The notes below the pieces were generated by a model, which saw only the letters and a program-made list of their open reading frames with translations, had not been told where the DNA came from and made no database searches. The position numbers and the translations under genes are program-made. Shown here piece by piece: positions 61,863 to 64,000 of a DNA stretch of 64,000 nucleotides. Source of the DNA: Escherichia coli (GTDB taxonomy: Bacteria; Pseudomonadota; Gammaproteobacteria; Enterobacterales; Enterobacteriaceae); the NCBI RefSeq assembly GCF_003334305.1, contig NZ_QOWS01000017.1; one strand, given 5' to 3'. Numbering within the stretch: the first letter of the stretch is position 1; each line of letters starts with the position of its first letter.

Positions 61863-63749
61863 ATGTCTTTTAGCGAATTTTATCAGCGTTCGATTAACGA
61901 ACCGGAGCAGTTCTGGGCCGAGCAGGCCCGGCGTATTGACTGGCAGACGCCCTTTACGCAAACGCTCGATCACAGCAATCCGCCGTTTGCCCGTTGGTTT
62001 TGTGAAGGCCGAACCAACTTGTGCCACAACGCTATCGACCGCTGGCTGGAGAAACAACCAGAGGCGCTGGCGCTGATTGCCGTCTCTTCGGAAACAGAAG
62101 AAGAGCGCACCTTTACCTTTCGTCAGCTTCATGACGAAGTAAACGCGGTGGCGTCAATGCTGCGCTCGCTGGGCGTGCAGCGTGGCGATCGGGTGCTGGT
62201 GTATATGCCGATGATTGCCGAAGCGCATATTACTCTGCTGGCCTGCGCGCGCATTGGCGCTATTCATTCGGTGGTGTTTGGGGGATTTGCCTCGCACAGC
62301 GTGGCGGCGCGAATTGATGATGCTAAACCGGTGCTGATTGTCTCGGCTGATGCCGGAGCGCGCGGTGGCAAAATCATTCCCTATAAAAAATTGCTCGACG
62401 ATGCGATAAGTCAGGCGCAGCACCAGCCACGCCATGTTTTGCTGGTGGATCGCGGGCTGGCGAAAATGGCACGCGTCAGCGGGCGGGATGTCGATTTCGC
62501 GTCGTTGCGCCATCAACACATCGGCGCGCGGGTACCGGTGGCGTGGCTGGAATCCAACGAAACCTCCTGCATTCTCTACACCTCCGGCACGACCGGCAAA
62601 CCTAAAGGCGTGCAGCGTGACGTCGGCGGATATGCGGTGGCGCTGGCGACCTCGATGGACACCATTTTTGGCGGCAAAGCGGGCGGTGTGTTCTTTTGTG
62701 CTTCGGATATCGGCTGGGTGGTGGGGCATTCGTATATCGTCTACGCGCCGCTGCTGGCGGGGATGGCGACTATCGTTTACGAAGGATTACCGACCTGGCC
62801 GGACTGCGGCGTGTGGTGGAAAATCGTCGAGAAATATCAGGTGAGCCGGATGTTCTCAGCGCCGACCGCCATTCGCGTGCTGAAAAAATTCCCTACCGCT
62901 GAAATTCGCAAACACGATCTCTCGTCGCTGGAAGTGCTCTATCTGGCTGGAGAACCGCTGGACGAGCCGACCGCCAGTTGGGTGAGCAATACGCTGGATG
63001 TGCCGGTCATCGACAACTACTGGCAGACCGAATCCGGCTGGCCGATTATGGCGATTGCTCGCGGTCTGGACGACAGGCCGACGCGTCTGGGAAGCCCCGG
63101 CGTGCCGATGTATGGCTATAACGTGCAGTTGCTTAATGAAGTCACCGGCGAACCGTGTGGCGTCAACGAGAAAGGGATGCTGGTGGTGGAAGGGCCGCTG
63201 CCGCCGGGGTGTATTCAGACCATCTGGGGCGATGACGACCGCTTTGTGAAGACGTACTGGTCGCTGTTTTCCCGTCCGGTGTACGCCACCTTTGACTGGG
63301 GCATCCGCGATGCTGACGGTTATCACTTTATTCTCGGGCGCACTGACGATGTGATTAACGTTGCCGGGCATCGGCTGGGCACGCGCGAGATTGAAGAGAG
63401 TATTTCCAGTCATCCGGGCGTTGCCGAAGTGGCGGTGGTTGGGGTGAAAGATGCGCTGAAAGGGCAGGTGGCGGTAGCGTTTGTCATTCCGAAAGAGAGC
63501 GACAGTCTGGAAGATCGTGATGTGGCGCATTCGCAAGAGAAGGCGATTATGGCGCTGGTGGACAGCCAGATTGGCAACTTTGGCCGCCCGGCGCACGTCT
63601 GGTTTGTCTCGCAATTGCCAAAAACGCGATCCGGAAAAATGCTGCGCCGCACGATCCAGGCGATTTGCGAAGGACGCGATCCTGGAGATCTGACGACCAT
63701 TGATGATCCAGCGTCGTTGGATCAGATCCGCCAGGCGATGGAAGAGTAA
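61863..63749 (+). CDS. prpE: PrpE propionyl-CoA synthetase, 628 aa
   Basis: Acyl-CoA synthetase AMP-binding motif (YTSGTTGKPKG); last gene of prpBCDE. Confidence 0.9.
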   Translation: MSFSEFYQRSINEPEQFWAEQARRIDWQTPFTQTLDHSNPPFARWFCEGRTNLCHNAIDRWLEKQPEALALIAVSSETEEERTFTFRQLHDEVNAVASMLRSLGVQRGDRVLVYMPMIAEAHITLLACARIGAIHSVVFGGFASHSVAARIDDAKPVLIVSADAGARGGKIIPYKKLLDDAISQAQHQPRHVLLVDRGLAKMARVSGRDVDFASLRHQHIGARVPVAWLESNETSCILYTSGTTGKPKGVQRDVGGYAVALATSMDTIFGGKAGGVFFCASDIGWVVGHSYIVYAPLLAGMATIVYEGLPTWPDCGVWWKIVEKYQVSRMFSAPTAIRVLKKFPTAEIRKHDLSSLEVLYLAGEPLDEPTASWVSNTLDVPVIDNYWQTESGWPIMAIARGLDDRPTRLGSPGVPMYGYNVQLLNEVTGEPCGVNEKGMLVVEGPLPPGCIQTIWGDDDRFVKTYWSLFSRPVYATFDWGIRDADGYHFILGRTDDVINVAGHRLGTREIEESISSHPGVAEVAVVGVKDALKGQVAVAFVIPKESDSLEDRDVAHSQEKAIMALVDSQIGNFGRPAHVWFVSQLPKTRSGKMLRRTIQAICEGRDPGDLTTIDDPASLDQIRQAMEE

Positions 63750-63759
63750 GGTATTGTCG

Positions 63760-64000
<241 letters not shown>

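Overview
The window reads as an Escherichia coli chromosomal segment covering the ecp fimbrial operon, ykgMO, eaeH/fdeC, rclRABC, ykgEFG, betABIT, the yahA–yahO block and prpR-prpBCDE, ending in REP repeats. All identifications come from reading the six-frame translations and from recalled family and gene-order knowledge; no database search was run. Relative to the K-12 gene order as I recall it, this strain carries several accessory insertions: an intact eaeH, an aldo-keto reductase, an ehaA autotransporter after betT, an Lsr-like ABC transporter between yahJ and yahK, and an adhesin island between ykgH and betA. That island is the most interesting part: a FimB/FimE-like recombinase is followed by an AT-rich segment bracketed by 12–13 bp inverted repeats, then two LuxR-type regulators and an autotransporter, which is the architecture of a phase-variable invertible promoter switch. 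The recombinase carries an in-frame TGA ahead of its catalytic tyrosine. A second candidate system is the yahDEFG-yahIJ operon, which looks like a paralogue of the fdrA-ylbE-ylbF-carbamate kinase module and has a Tat-exported amidohydrolase. No CRISPR array, tRNA, rRNA or transposase gene was seen.
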